Assembly (NCBI RefSeq): GCF_052425735.1
Contig: NC_135763.1
Span: 11,160,001 to 11,224,000, forward strand
DNA: 64,000 nucleotides
Source of the DNA: Oculina patagonica
Lineage: Eukaryota
Direction: 5' to 3'
A model generated the notes under the pieces. The model had not been told where the DNA came from and made no database searches. It saw only the letters and a program-made list of their open reading frames with translations. A program made the position numbers and the translations under genes. Of the stretch, positions 21,224 through 48,800 are shown piece by piece (position 1 is the stretch's first letter; each line of letters begins with the position of its first letter).

Positions 21224-24200
21224 TCAGCTAGGACAATCCTCCAGTCCATATTTGCCGCTAAGAATGTTGACTGTCTGATTATAGGCACTGCAGAATAAAC
21301 AAAATAAAAACATTTGTAAAACTGTGACTTGAATAAACCATGATCCTACAGTGTTGAATCCAAGCTTACACACAAGGTGGGGACTGCTTCCCTAAAAAAT
21401 AAAAAGATGAGGCCTCAAATCTGCCTCGTCCCCAGGCGCCGATTGGCCGGACGTTGAGGCGGTAAGGCGGGAAAACAGGGAGCGCGGGGATTGATGGTTA
21501 GGGAGCGAGCCACGGAGCGCCTGGCAGATCTTGCATTCAATATGGCGGACCAAAATGTCATCAACCTTGAAATGTGTATTAAAAACAGCAAAAGAGCCAT
21601 CTATTTAGCATTTTTACAGCACAGAGCGCCTTGGACACATCTTTTATGAAAAATATTCTTATTAAGACGACGGACTTCACCACCATTTTCGCACGCTTCA
21701 TGTCCCACCTCAGCTTGAGAAGAGCCAGGAGGAGCATACGAGGCACTCTGTGAAGTTAAAAAAGCTTTAAATCCTTTACGGCAAAGAGACGTTGAAATGT
21801 CTAATGACATTTTCCGAACTCCAAGAGAGACAGGTACTCATTTCCGTTTATCGAAGTTGTCTTGTAAATCCGAGTGTAAATGACAAGAAAATTAGTTATC
21901 CTTTCCATTATTGTTTTGTGTAGAATTTTTTTCGTAGAGCCCGAGAGTTAGTTGCCTTTTAGTTATTCCATGGACGCTCATTTAAGCCAGACGCGACAAA
22001 GATAATGCAACAACAGTATGAATCCATCGATACAAATAACAATTCATCTGTCTTTGGGATGTCATTTCTACTATCTCTGGTTTACTTCAATAAAATGTTA
22101 ATGAGCTGCTTATCAGTAATCAAGCACAACCTTTGATAGTTGTTTTATTAATTGAAAATAAAAATTACATTAAAAATGTTTGATATCATAACTGTAATTT
22201 TTTTTCAATGCAATTTTTTTTATTGATTGCCAGTAGGTGACTTTTTCCCCCATTAAACCACAATTTATTAAGGATAAATACACATTTTTTTGTTAAGCAT
22301 TGTGGCAGTGAGTCTGCCATTTATGCTGTGAATGCAACTGAGGCAACTAAATTGTTTGGAATGTACCCTATGCCATGCCATGCAGGCTTTTAATTTGGGG
22401 GCAGGTGCAGAGAGCATTTCTGATGAATGTGACACTGTTTTCATGAAGTTTTTAGAATGGTTCATGTGCGGTATATGATTTAAGATCATCTTGAAATCTT
22501 GCTTTGTAAAAATGGAAAGATAATTTTTCTCATAAATATTTATGTATTAATATGCAAGGCTAGCGTCTTTGGACATCCAAGGCCCACCATCATTCTATTC
22601 TAAATAACTCTAGTAACAAACCCCTCTTAATTTTTTATCACTCTCCTGTAATTCTTTACAAATTTAAAATAGTACATGTATTTGTAAAATTCTTTACTTT
22701 TTTAGCCACTGAAAAGAAATGTTTACTTTGTGCTTGCAAATTTGGTGTCTAAAGGCCTTTGTTATGCTCCCACTGACTTGATATTAACTAATTACAAAAG
22801 GAGCTGGGGTGAACTGTACATGGAGGGTTGAAGAGGGTAGTAAATCACTTTAGAAAATCAATCAAGTTAATTTTCAGGAGAAGGCTAACTATTATGTCTA
22901 GATCACAATCAGATGAAGGGCACCACCAAGGAAATTGTCGTACAAACAGTAATCCTCAGATTATCTCATGCACAACTTATTTAAATTCACAGTAGGTTAA
23001 GGCCATGCAGGTAAAACCCTCCTGGCTAGATAACTTTTGCAAATTGAAGGGAAATGTCTGAATGGTTTCGCAAAATCAGTACTACTAAAAATATTTTTAA
23101 AAATGTAAAAAGGTATCTTTTTCTCTTACAACAGCTGTTGTCATGGGTATAAAGCAGCAGGGTAGGCAAATTATACATTCAACATTTAAAGTGTTTTAAT
23201 TGTTTTCCAAGACTGCTAGAGGCAGTGGGCTATTAGCAGACTGGGGAAAAAGTGGCAACTTCAGGTTTGCCGGTTTATTTATTTTAATCAAATTGAATAT
23301 GGTTAGCCAGGAGTTGCCATGTTCACATGAAATGCATTTAAGAGTCAGTAACAAACCCTTTGATGTAAAATTGCCTGGCATCTCAATTTATTTTCCTACA
23401 CTATCTCAGCCATAAACTCTTGGACCGGCAAAAATGATTTAAGTTTTGCTGTCTGTCATAGTCCAGTGTTTTGTTACCCTTAGGAATAAAGTTTTGCCAC
23501 ACATTCTCTAAAAACACCTACTAAAAAACACTCCCTGTGACACTACAACTAGAAAAAACTATATTTTTTTTTGTTACAAGTTTGTCAAAGTCTTATCCTG
23601 CTTAAATCCTCCAAAAGAGTGACCAAAACCTTATTTCTCCTTACAGTATCAATGCATTATCAAGCAGTACAGTGACGAGAAACACACAAATTAATCAGCG
23701 GAGAGTAATTTCGATATTAACACTTGAATCAGTAAAAAGAAATTTTGAGTAGGATCTGCCTCCTCTGGTCACTAACACATTAAGTGCTGAAATAAACAGA
23801 ACTACGCAAAGTTGAAATTTCAATAATTGTACTTTCTGTCAAGAAAGGTAAATTATGAGGTTAACCTAGCTAGAATAAAATATCAGCACACATTATAATT
23901 GTTTATGTGTCATGTTCTCATAAGATCTCCTACGTTGGACAACATTAATTTGATAAAACACTTGTTAGCACTTGAACGGCTCTCTCTGGAGCGCTGCTTA
24001 TAGACTTTATAGCTGAAGTTTAACGGCCAAGAGGTACAAATAAAAGTATACCGAAATGTAAGGAAGCTAAGCACTGCTCAGAAACGAAACAAACCAGCTC
24101 TGGCATCGATTGAAGCGAAAGTTACCCTCAGTTCGAAGCTTATAAAAAAATTTAATTATCTAACGACAGCAGAGATTCTTTACCCTCCGCCATTGACGAT

Positions 24201-27200
24201 CTTCTCGCAATCAAAGTGGGATTTTCTCTGTTCAATCTTCTGCTCAGATTTCATACCATTTCTCCGGATAAATCGCTGATTTTGAGCTAGATTTCACGCC
24301 AACATTAGATTAAAGCAAGGGGACCCCCGCTTTGCTGAAACCAGCCTCAGTGAACGCTGAAAAGAATCGGCTCGATAGAGCAACGAAAACGATCCGAAAG
24401 GCCGTCAAAATCCCCATGTTGACAGTACTAACTTCCACGTAGCTCCCAGTGTTGATTTCTTGACCGTTAAACTTGTTTAAAGCGCTAAAACGCCTTTTGA
24501 CGAGAAACCGAACATTTTTGCCAAGAAACTGAACAGGATCTGCCAGGCGTCCGCTTCCCCGTCAGCATCAGGCCCAGAACGCCAAGCGAACCGTGCACGT
24601 CAGTCCCACAACACCAAGCGAACCGTGCACGACCAAAGACGAGGACGCCTGGGGACGAGGCAGGCCTCAAATGATATCAGATGAAAAATTAGACTTAAAT
24701 TTTGCTTGCTACTGGTAGTTTATGCATGGCAAGCGGTTTGATATGTACATATGTAAATTAACGTTTTGTTTGTATTTATAAAAGATATTAGGAAAATAGG
24801 TTTTTTTTGTCCATTTACCTGCCTTCCCTGATGATAGAAAACTTCCCAGGGACTGACAAGTTAACAACAGTTGAGCCTTTGCGGCATTGTTCAGTCAGTC
24901 CAAGCACTCCACCATCAAGAATTAGATCCAGGTTTGACCAGATTTCTTTAAACTCCTACAAGAATGTCAGATCAAGCTAAAATTAAAATATCCACATGGG
25001 AAGTTAACATGGCAGACACATGTGAGGAAACTTCTTTGGAGTGTTTGGACAGTATTTCGAGCGATAATTTTTAGTATTTCCTCACAAAGCAGTAGCTGAC
25101 TTCATGGGAAACAGTAATTTTTGCTGAAAAGGCTGGGCTAAAAATAACTTTACTTCTGAAAATGCTGTTGCACAGATATATGGAAGTTGCATGCTCCAGG
25201 TAATGTGCTCCTGATTACAGGCACTGTCTATCAAATCCTAAGAACCTTTCTGCTTACATAGAGAAGCTACAGTACATTAGGAAATACAAGGTTACACGGC
25301 CTTTTGGCCATATATTACTTACCTCAATTTTTAAACTGCTTTGCCCAACTGTGCTGACATTTGCACTTGTAAGAGCAAGTGGTTCTTCACATCTTAAACT
25401 CAGTTGCTGGACAAAATAGTGATCTGGAATTCTGATCCCTACAAGCCTTGTTGTTGGGTTTAACCCAGGATTTAATTGATCAGTTCGTTCAAATACAAGA
25501 GTCACTGGGCCAGGAAGCAAGTCTTGGAGAATCTCTTGACTTACAGTCACTTTACCCCATCTAAAACAACAAGAGAAATAACATAAATTATGGCATTCAA
25601 GGAGGCTAACCCTTGTTACCAGTTTCTCATTACTAGCTTTTGACTAGAATTCAAGAAAAGATCTTATTTGCTGATGCCACTGTTTATACATCAACAAGTT
25701 AAGGGTTATGAGGAGGTCAACGAACACAAGCAAAAACAAAGATCTGATTTATCGGTTTCTAGAAAAATAAAAACAAACATATAGTTGTAAGTTCATAATA
25801 TGGGGGTGGGGGTGGGGTAGAGGATGCAGTGTGTGGGGGGGGGGGGTCTGATTTTGCCACTTCCTGTACCTTTTACTTATGGTTCCCACTTCTTTTTTCT
25901 GTTTTAATTGCAAAATATTATGTTATGTTACAAATATTTTCCCATTTTCTCCCAGTTCACACCATCATAAGAGTCCCACTTTCCACTCTCCTTTCTCCAC
26001 CACCAGTAGAAATTCCTACCCACTTTACTCTCTGGTTTGTGCCCCCTCCCCCCTCCCCTTGGACTCCCACTATTCTTTGTGGCTGAGATTGTACCAAACC
26101 AACTCAAACAGTACATTAAGCAAGTCTGCTATCCCAGCAGTATCAGTTAATTTACTATAGCAACCTTATTTACCTCGCCAGTTAAAATTAAATAATCACT
26201 GACAAGAAGATTGAGATTGCATTTTATACCATGCCATAGAAAATACAGCCAATCAGAATACAGGAAAGCCGTTGTATATTCGACGGTATTCGACCCAACC
26301 TTCCCATCATGCGCTGCGAATTGTATTCTCGACGAAATTTAGTAAGCGTATTTTCTATGGCATGGTATAAAATAGTTACACAACACTTTCTCGTGGTATA
26401 CTATGGAATATCCCACTTGTCACTTGTATTTTCTTGGTATACACACTCGCCTAAAGGCTCGTGTGTATACCGAGAAAATACAAGTGACTCGTGGGATATT
26501 CCATAGTATACCACTCGAAAGCGTTGCATAACTAGTATGTATTGTATGGTTGATTGGTCGTCAAACATTTGAAGTTTAGCAGACTGTAACACGAACATTC
26601 GCACTTAAAATTGTTTACCACAAACAAGTACGGGCAAATTAGAAATTGAACCTGGATTGCCACTTTCTCGAAAGGGATGTACGCATTTGACACAGATCAA
26701 GATCAATTTCTCTGAAGAAGTCTCCAAATATTATATCCAATCCTTCCACCATTTCGAAACTGGCATGTGTTGAACATTAGATTCAAGCGACGGTACGTCA
26801 CAAACAGCACAACACAGTTTGGCACACTTCATGTATGTCAAATTGTTGATAGGCTTTCTGTTGACTATAATTTAGTTTTTGACCTTTTTGCTTATTCTTT
26901 GCCTTTGGGGGAAGAAAACAACGTAACCATTCAGTAAAATTAGTCTTACTTATAAACATCTTCCAGTCTTCCCACGCAGATAGCAACCGGTTTTTCCTCA
27001 TGTCGCTTCTTGATTTCATACAGCTTGGTGACAGCTTCAGTAGACTGTGCTAGCGCAGCAACGCCATAGATGGTGTCAGTTGGAAGAGCAATCACATTTC
27101 CACTTTTTAGTGACTTGACAGCGGAATCAAGGATGCTTTCAAGACCTGAGGTACTGTCTAAAACAAAAACGCTTTATGTTATTCTAAAACAACACAAATC

Positions 27201-27380
27201 TCTGTTACTGTTTGTTTCTTGCATGCAACGTTTAAAATAAAAGCTTTTTGTGAAGATAAATAAGAATGATGATCAATGATATAAAGTAAAATTTCTGTAA
27301 ATGCTTCACATACCTTCAGGCCGGTTTTCGTTCAAAGTTTGCTGATCAATCTTCAAGATTTTCGTCGATGTATCCATCAT
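21224..27380 (-). CDS. YRDC: Threonylcarbamoyl-AMP synthase YRDC/Sua5, 237 aa
   Basis: Exons 27380-27314, 27157-26950, 25560-25323, 24955-24819, 21287-21224, phase-consistent. Motifs IALPTDTIYG, KKR, LLPGPVTLV, VGIRIPD, LALTSAN, GSTVV. Confidence 0.92.
21421..24663. mobile_element. 3.2-kb non-autonomous DNA transposon in the last YRDC intron
   Basis: TIRs CTGCCTCGTCCC(C)AGGCG; perfect 9-bp TSD GCCTCAAAT (21412-21420 and 24664-24672); no long ORF. Confidence 0.85.
26221..26534. mobile_element. Double-hairpin repeat element
   Basis: Two abutting inverted-repeat units, 26221-26373 and 26373-26534. Confidence 0.7.
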
Positions 27381-28299
27381 AAAAGGCCGAGATTTGTGAA
27401 TTTAGACTACTATTAACATCATAAAAGAGTCACTGAAACTAATAATGAGACAGAAAACTGCCTTGTGGACAAAAAACAAAGATATTCAGAATTGCATCAT
27501 GATTGCACGTGTGTCCACCATGTTTTTGTTCGACGGGCTGCGAAGGCTGGAAACTAGAGTAGTACACAGACTCCAACGGTGACAACGCGCGCGTGTCGCT
27601 CTAGACTTTTTTTTGTCAACAACCTGCAGCCCTCTATTTTCTCGTATTTTTTCTGATCGAATGAGCGCGGGGAAAGAACGGCGAGAGAACTGGATGTGGA
27701 CAGTCTGGTGTCGCTCGTAAACGCGCGACTCTCTTCAATTCTTGGTCCAAAAGCACGACATTAAGCCAATAGCAGGGAATACTTCATTCTCTTTTGTATG
27801 GGCTTAGCTAGCACGCATGATACCTCTGTTTAAAAGGAAGAAATCACGCTGATTATTCTGAGGCAAGGCAATCTTTTAAATTCGTTTTGCGCGGGAGAAA
27901 AAATGTGAATACTGATGGCTCGGCTCTGTCGGATCTGTTCCCTACTGAAGCGGGGTAGGGAGGAACTACGTACGAGCTGAGCTCCCTGTTTGTGATAGTT
28001 TTTTAGTGGATGGGGATTTGGGACGAAGGGGATAGGGATAAGTCTAAGTCTAATCTGCCAGGAGGCAGGTTGAAAAAGTCTATCATCTCAAGCGACAGTG
28101 ATCATGAATGTTGTACGCCGAAAAGAAAAGTAGATAACAGGTAAATTTGTCTCTGATTCAAGCGCGCGCAATGTATGGCATCATCGTTGTGGTCAGTTTC
28201 CTCAATGTTTCTATCATGATTTCCCGTTGTCTGGCAAAATCTTACAAATCCTTTCTTCGTCGTCTTTCTCTTCGCAAAAATGACTCTTGGCTTAGAGAT

Positions 28300-28712
28300 T
28301 CACTTCAGAAATAAAACAAAATAAGAAATATTTCATACCTGGACGCTTACTACGGTTGATCTGCTCCACTTTCACAGCGTTTTCAGTATCCTCTTGATCT
28401 GCCCCTTATATTTAAGCGGGCTAGTGTATTGATTGTTTGTCTATTGTTTTCGCGGCAGGCCAACCCCGTGGAAGGCTGCAACTGATGCACAGCGCTAGCA
28501 ATCGCTCCAACCTCCCTCACCAGGAGGAAAAGTCGCAAACAGATAAAGAGCAAAAATGATCCGCTCCTCAGTGAAAATGCGTTGAAAAGAAACAAAATGA
28601 CGTTTCAATGGTTAGATTCTGCGTCACAGAAGCGCGAGATGGGAAAGCGTGCGCTTTCAGTGCGCGAGAGATGGAAAAGTGCGCGCGCTATCCAATGACA
28701 TCAGTATCTATA
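28300..28712. repeat. Interspersed repeat, inverted copy at ~35434-35803
   Basis: Shared GATAGCGCGCGCACTTTTCCATCTCTCGCGCACTGAAAGCGC and GTGGAGCAGATCAACCGTAGTAAGCGTCCA in opposite orientations. Confidence 0.75.
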
Positions 28713-29622
28713 CATAAAATTCCCCAGTTAGTTATAAGTTCCTGTTTTTTTTTTCTCCCCTAGCTAGGGATATGTTTGGCTTCTAGGCAACCACAAACTG
28801 ATTTCCTGCTATTTGTCGTTTAAAAAAGTCAAGGAGCACAGTCATCGGGTTATTGAAAAAAAAAAACACACACACACACACACACACACACATAATTAAA
28901 CTGTTCGCTCTCTATCAAAGGTCGCTCTCAATCAAAGTCGATAGAAACCGAGAGCGAGCAGTCTAATTGGTTCATCAAAACCCATTGGCTGTTTGATTAA
29001 ACATAAAATATAAATTTATTGATGACTATGTTTAATGGTTTTCATGCTCATTACCAGCCACAGAGCCTCGCACGGGGAGAGCATACCGTATCGATCAACA
29101 GTAGATGCCTCTTAACAGATTTCTCGTTTTCCAATGATCGGTCACTGGGTTGTGCTATTTGCTTTTTTTTAACTCTGGTGACAGTGGTGTGGTTTTCCAT
29201 GTATTTTGTGGTTTTTTTTTTTTTTTTTATTTTTTTTTTTTTTTTTTTTTTTAATTTTTTTTTTTTGTCAGTCTTGGAAATAGACGGCAGAGAACATGGA
29301 GCAAAGTGTATAGAAGAAACAAATTAACAATTTTATTTCTACACAATTCAATAAAGGAATGTCTTCGAAAAATACAATTTCAATATATATTTATAATTAA
29401 AATTATTGGTATTTTTGTAAATTAAATTATTTGATGCTGAGGAAAATAAAATTTCGCAATTATTGGTATTATAATAATATAATTATTTCTTAAATGGATT
29501 TAACAAAACCATCAATCTGACCAGTGACTTCTCTTCTCTCGCCCACTTCATAAATATAGTAATCTTGTCTCTGAATAATAAAATATTTCTGACATACTAT
29601 TCTGTTATAAAAACGGTTTTCA

Positions 29623-29786
29623 GAATACCCGATTCCCTTAGCGCGCCCAGGGAACACGGTAGTTGTATCATCAATCCATGCGCAAGATTCAGCAACTATT
29701 CACGTTTTTGAGTCTCGCGCATGGTTTGATGAATACAACTACCGTGATTCCCTGCAGGTGCGCGCTATAGAGGGAATCGGGTATTC
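29623..29786. mobile_element. Hairpin MITE
   Basis: GAATACCCGATTCCCT ... AGGGAATCGGGTATTC with palindromic interior. Confidence 0.7.
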
Positions 29787-31080
29787 GAGGTCGAACGCGT
29801 AGAAAAAGCGCGGTGCGCTACGGGATTTGTCTCTTCCACCGCGTGTAGCACGCGCTCACTTTGCACGTGCGTTTTGCTTCAAGCCTTACAAAAAAGGGTG
29901 CACGAGAGGTGAACTCCCATACAAAACTTCTCAACAGTTTAGCCCACGTACGAGCGTTTGTAAACTACAGGAGTAAGCCATGTAATTTTAGCCGCGATTT
30001 TCAAAGCAAAACAAAAAATCCTTTTTAACTACGACCTTCCACGGAAATCTGAGGGTACTTTGCCCCTGAAGACAAACTGACGAAGTGTCGCGTTGGCCAA
30101 ATAACTGCAACTTTGTACAAGACCAAAAATATGTTTTCTTAAGACTTGGCATCAGTTAAGCAAAACTTTGAATTCAAACACGCACGAGCAAATTTCAGCA
30201 GATAAACGTTTTTGTTTCTCTTTACCTTCAAGAATTTTGTAAGGTATCATAAAAAAATCTGCATGACCTTCCATGGGGTTTTAAAAATCGAGCGCTATTT
30301 TATGACTTTGCTCAAAGGAATTTTTCGCAACTCTGTATTGTGTGAAAATAATAGATATAGAATATTATCGCCACTTTGTGTTTTATATAGCCTGCGAATA
30401 CAGCCGCCTCTCATTCGCTCCCGCGTTTCGCTGTTCATTGGGGAGCGATGAGAATGTTTTATAGAAAAAAGCAAGTTTCTCTATAGTGGTCTGAGGTCAA
30501 TTTTTCCCTATTTTACGTCTTAATGCTTCGAGTCTCGCAGTTAAGCCTACCATATATTTTACGAGTCGGATCTGCAGAAACTGTTGAATACTCTATTTTC
30601 TCTAATACTTGGGATATTTTGGTCTTCAAACTAAGTTTAGTTCGGAATAACACAAGATTGTTTCCCAGTCTAGCAGCACTATCGCACTTGTTTTATATTT
30701 GAGGGTTAAACTTAAACTTATATGTTTTTTTTTTCATTTTATGAAATACAAGTTTGGCTTTAATGGTTCTTTTAATACCGGAATAAAATCGTCAAATGGT
30801 TTCAGGATATGATAAGCCTAGCTTGAAGTAGCTTCAACCCTCAGGAAGGCAGAAATGCTCAAACTTCATCTATTTTGACTTATAACGCTAAACCATTCCT
30901 TCCTCGTAAGTGTGCTCCCAGCATGGACCCCAATAACATGTTCCTCAAAGTAAGACATGCCACAGTTACTCTGTGTACTTATCCAGATTTTAGTTAAAGG
31001 TCGCTTAAGGATAGCAACCTGTATGAATGAAGTTTAGGGTCCGGTACTACCATATTGCATAGTTATGTCAAGTCACCTTT

Positions 31081-45307
<14,227 letters not shown>

Positions 45308-45851
45308 CAAATTACGTTCTAACCAACGTTGAAACCAACACCAACGACACTGAAGCATGCTGTATAAATGCTTAGATGCGTCTCTTTAACGAAAACTTGC
45401 CTCGTGTAGCATAGATTTCACGCGCGCAGTGGACAACTTGTAAAATGAGCTTAAGTTGTTATTTGCCCACTGTCAAATCCTGACATGCGAAAAATTTCAA
45501 ATACTCAAGATGATTCGTCGATCTCTCCAGGTTAATTTGCTCTTATTAAACAACTCATTATTAATTGAAATCTGATCAAGCGGCTTTGTGCCATGTCTGG
45601 TTTCACGTGTCATTCAAATCTTTCTGATCTCGGGAACTCGCGCGCGCGCAATCCCGAACAACATCAATATAAAGTTACGCTAATCTAACTTGGCGATTTG
45701 TTCTCGAAGTGTCACATTCCAGTGTTATTAAGTTTCCGTAAGGCAGCGAAACAATAAAAACTATTAAATTACCGCTTTTTGCTATAAAACCAAATATCCC
45801 TGTGACGTGTTCTGATTATCGTGTTAGAACCCAAGGGCGCGTGGTTCAGCC

Positions 45852-48800
45852 ATGAATCGGCCGATTTTTCTCGCGTTGGTCATCTTGCTATCAGTGTGTT
45901 CTGCGTTTGCCTTTCTTCCACCCGAGGCAGTCTCATTCTCTCCTAAAACATGGCTCCACAGAGATCTTCAGAGATTAGAAGCCCTTTCTCTTCAAAACTC
46001 GCAGCGGCGCCCCAAGCCGCTGGCATTCAGTGATGGAAAAGGGTTGGTGGCGGGAACAAGCAGCGCGATGGCTGTTCATGCTGGCACGGAGGCGCTGAAG
46101 AAAGGAGGGAACGCGATGGATGCGTGTCTAACAACGGCTCTGACAGGTACGCGTAGACTTCTCTGCTCCAGCAGAACAGCTGAACAGTTTAGACCTGTCT
46201 TCAGTTAAATCTTTCCTATTTTAGGCACGCAGTTAGGAAAAGTTTGCTTCCTGTTACGATTATAAATAATAAGTCGAGATTTCCGTCCTCTGATCGAACT
46301 GGTAAAGCGTTAATGCGAAAAAGATTTAGAGATTTCTAATCTCGTTGTTTTGGAAGATTGCGTTAAAACAAACTTTTGCGCTAAGAAGCATTTTTTTCGT
46401 CATCAGGCTCTTACGAGGATAGGTTCTAAGCTGATCGATAGATTATCAGCAGTTTTCGTCTGCGACAGGGTTAGTTGCTTTTTCATCTGTGTTCATTGTT
46501 TCACGTAGTACAACAAATTGTTGTCGTTTGACAAAGTTCATGTACAGGAAAATTCGAAGACCTTAACTTGCACTATTTCTTGTTTTGATCTCACGATTAA
46601 GAAAACAGAGTTGTTGAATTTGAGAAATATTTCAGATAAGAACCTGACAGAGCTGATCGACGGCTTAAAATTGCAGACAAGTGGAAGTGGGTCAAATCAT
46701 TGCACGTTCGGTTGTCTCCTTAACGTTGTAGTCAAGAACATCTAAACTTTTACAACATTTTCACCGATTACAAGTTAGCCTTATCAGTAACACCTTTTCT
46801 CTAAACAGATCTTCGTGCGGTTTAGATTTGATAAAACGTTTACACTTTTATCGTTTGTTTTTTGCTTGGTCGCAAACAGATACATTTCTTCACAGCACGA
46901 CATGAAACGGATGAGATACGCGACTTAAAAAAGATTGAAAAAAGAAAAAAGTGTTGTTATCGCATGTTTCGGATTGGGCAAGCTTTCAAACATTTCACAG
47001 TTGTTTCTTTTCAGTACCAAAACCTTTTAATGCGCGTCATAAGATCAAGATATACATGTGTATCTTTTAAGTAAATATTGTTTCTTCTTTCGATATCAGA
47101 AAAGCATTTACCAATGAACGGTCAGACATGCCGATATGAACGTTGTCGTGATTTCCGGGGCATTGCCAATAACTTTGATACATCTTATTTGTGCTGATAT
47201 CTGTGAGGTTTTATTACAACCTCACGGCCCACCCTGCAGAGTTTTTTCTCAGAGGCACGTATGCACGGCCTAAAATTACGCTCATTTTTTTTTCGCGGTT
47301 CATTTTAGTCATGTTATACCGTTGTACATGGGCGTTTTTGACCTGACCTGAATTATTCCAAGAGTTAACCCTGGCCCATGCTGGAAATATAAAATCTCCT
47401 TACTCAATGCCACACGTTTCTTTTACAAACGGTTTTGAGAATATCGTTGTTTTTATGAAGACAATGGTCTGTCTAGTTGACGATTTTCTGATTTCTCCTT
47501 AGCTGTCTGTTTGACCATGTATTGATTCTCTCAAGAGAAATTAGTTGTTGAACTCCAATCTTTGGGGATTTAAGTATTACTTTAGATTTCGTGGTTTCTC
47601 CTAATCCGGAAACTGACATTTGTGATCTTTTTTTCGTCGGCCAACCCGGTCTCCTTTGTTGTCCTTTGTATTTGCCGTTTAAAGCAGAGAGAAGAACGAG
47701 AATTCTTCACTTGAGCAAAATTCTTTCATGCTTCTTGTACCACAGGTCGTGTGTGAGGACTTTTCTACAGATTGGCTTTGCACTGATGCCAACCATGTCA
47801 CGAAAACTCTCAACAGATGCCGGGTTTATAACCGAATCATTAGTTAGACTGTCATTCGGCAACTTCGCGCAAAATGATTCCACAATCGTCATTCCGTGAC
47901 TTAAATGATAGCTGTTAAATTCATGTCTCCTTTGCTGAAAATGGGCCTTGGCTAATATTTTGTCTTTGCCTGTTTTCTACTCTTAGTTATTTCTTTTAAT
48001 CTTCTTAAATCGACTCGGTATGGGCTTGAGGTTTTCGTCTGTGTGAGAGGGACCGAGGGAATGCGTTTTAAAGAACGGATAACGGCAACGGAAGCTAATT
48101 TAAAGCATTTAAAGCCCCCGGGAGGCCGCCTAAATGTTTTGATAGGATCTTTTCCAAATGATTGGTCATGATTGATTTAATTTAAACTGAGAAATAACGT
48201 CAAACTTGACTCAAGATTCAAAAGAGTGTTTTCTCTACCCAAATAAGTAGTGAGAAGGCAGCGGAAGGCGCATCTCTCTCAATGTTTCTTTTCGTTCACG
48301 GAAGAAAGCGACAGTTTAGCAGAAAAGGTTTTCACTCGACAAATTTCAGGTTAATTATTTTATAATTAGTACAGTGTGTGTGAAATCTGTGTAATGATCG
48401 TTCTATAGCTGGTCATAGCTACCAACGAAGTCAAATGTTTTTGCAGCAAAAACTTATATTAATAATAGCTAATAGCTCAGTTTCTTCAACCTTTTGCTTT
48501 TCTATCAGAATAGACAGAAAACATCAGTTTCCACCAAGGAACAGAAACTCCTGTCTTGACAACTTTCTGGTGCGATTGTAATCTATTTCCGGTAACACTT
48601 TTAAAGAGGCGTAACTCAAAAGTGACTTCTAATGATAAATAACATAGTGACAATTACAGATCCCATCCTTATCCGTCACTCTCGAAGAACTGATACTACT
48701 GCCTCGCCGGCGGCGTTCAATCACAAAGCAATTATGCATTTATCAGTTTACAAGAAACAGATTGCATGAAGAACTCGACCGATTGTACTATAAAGTGGTA

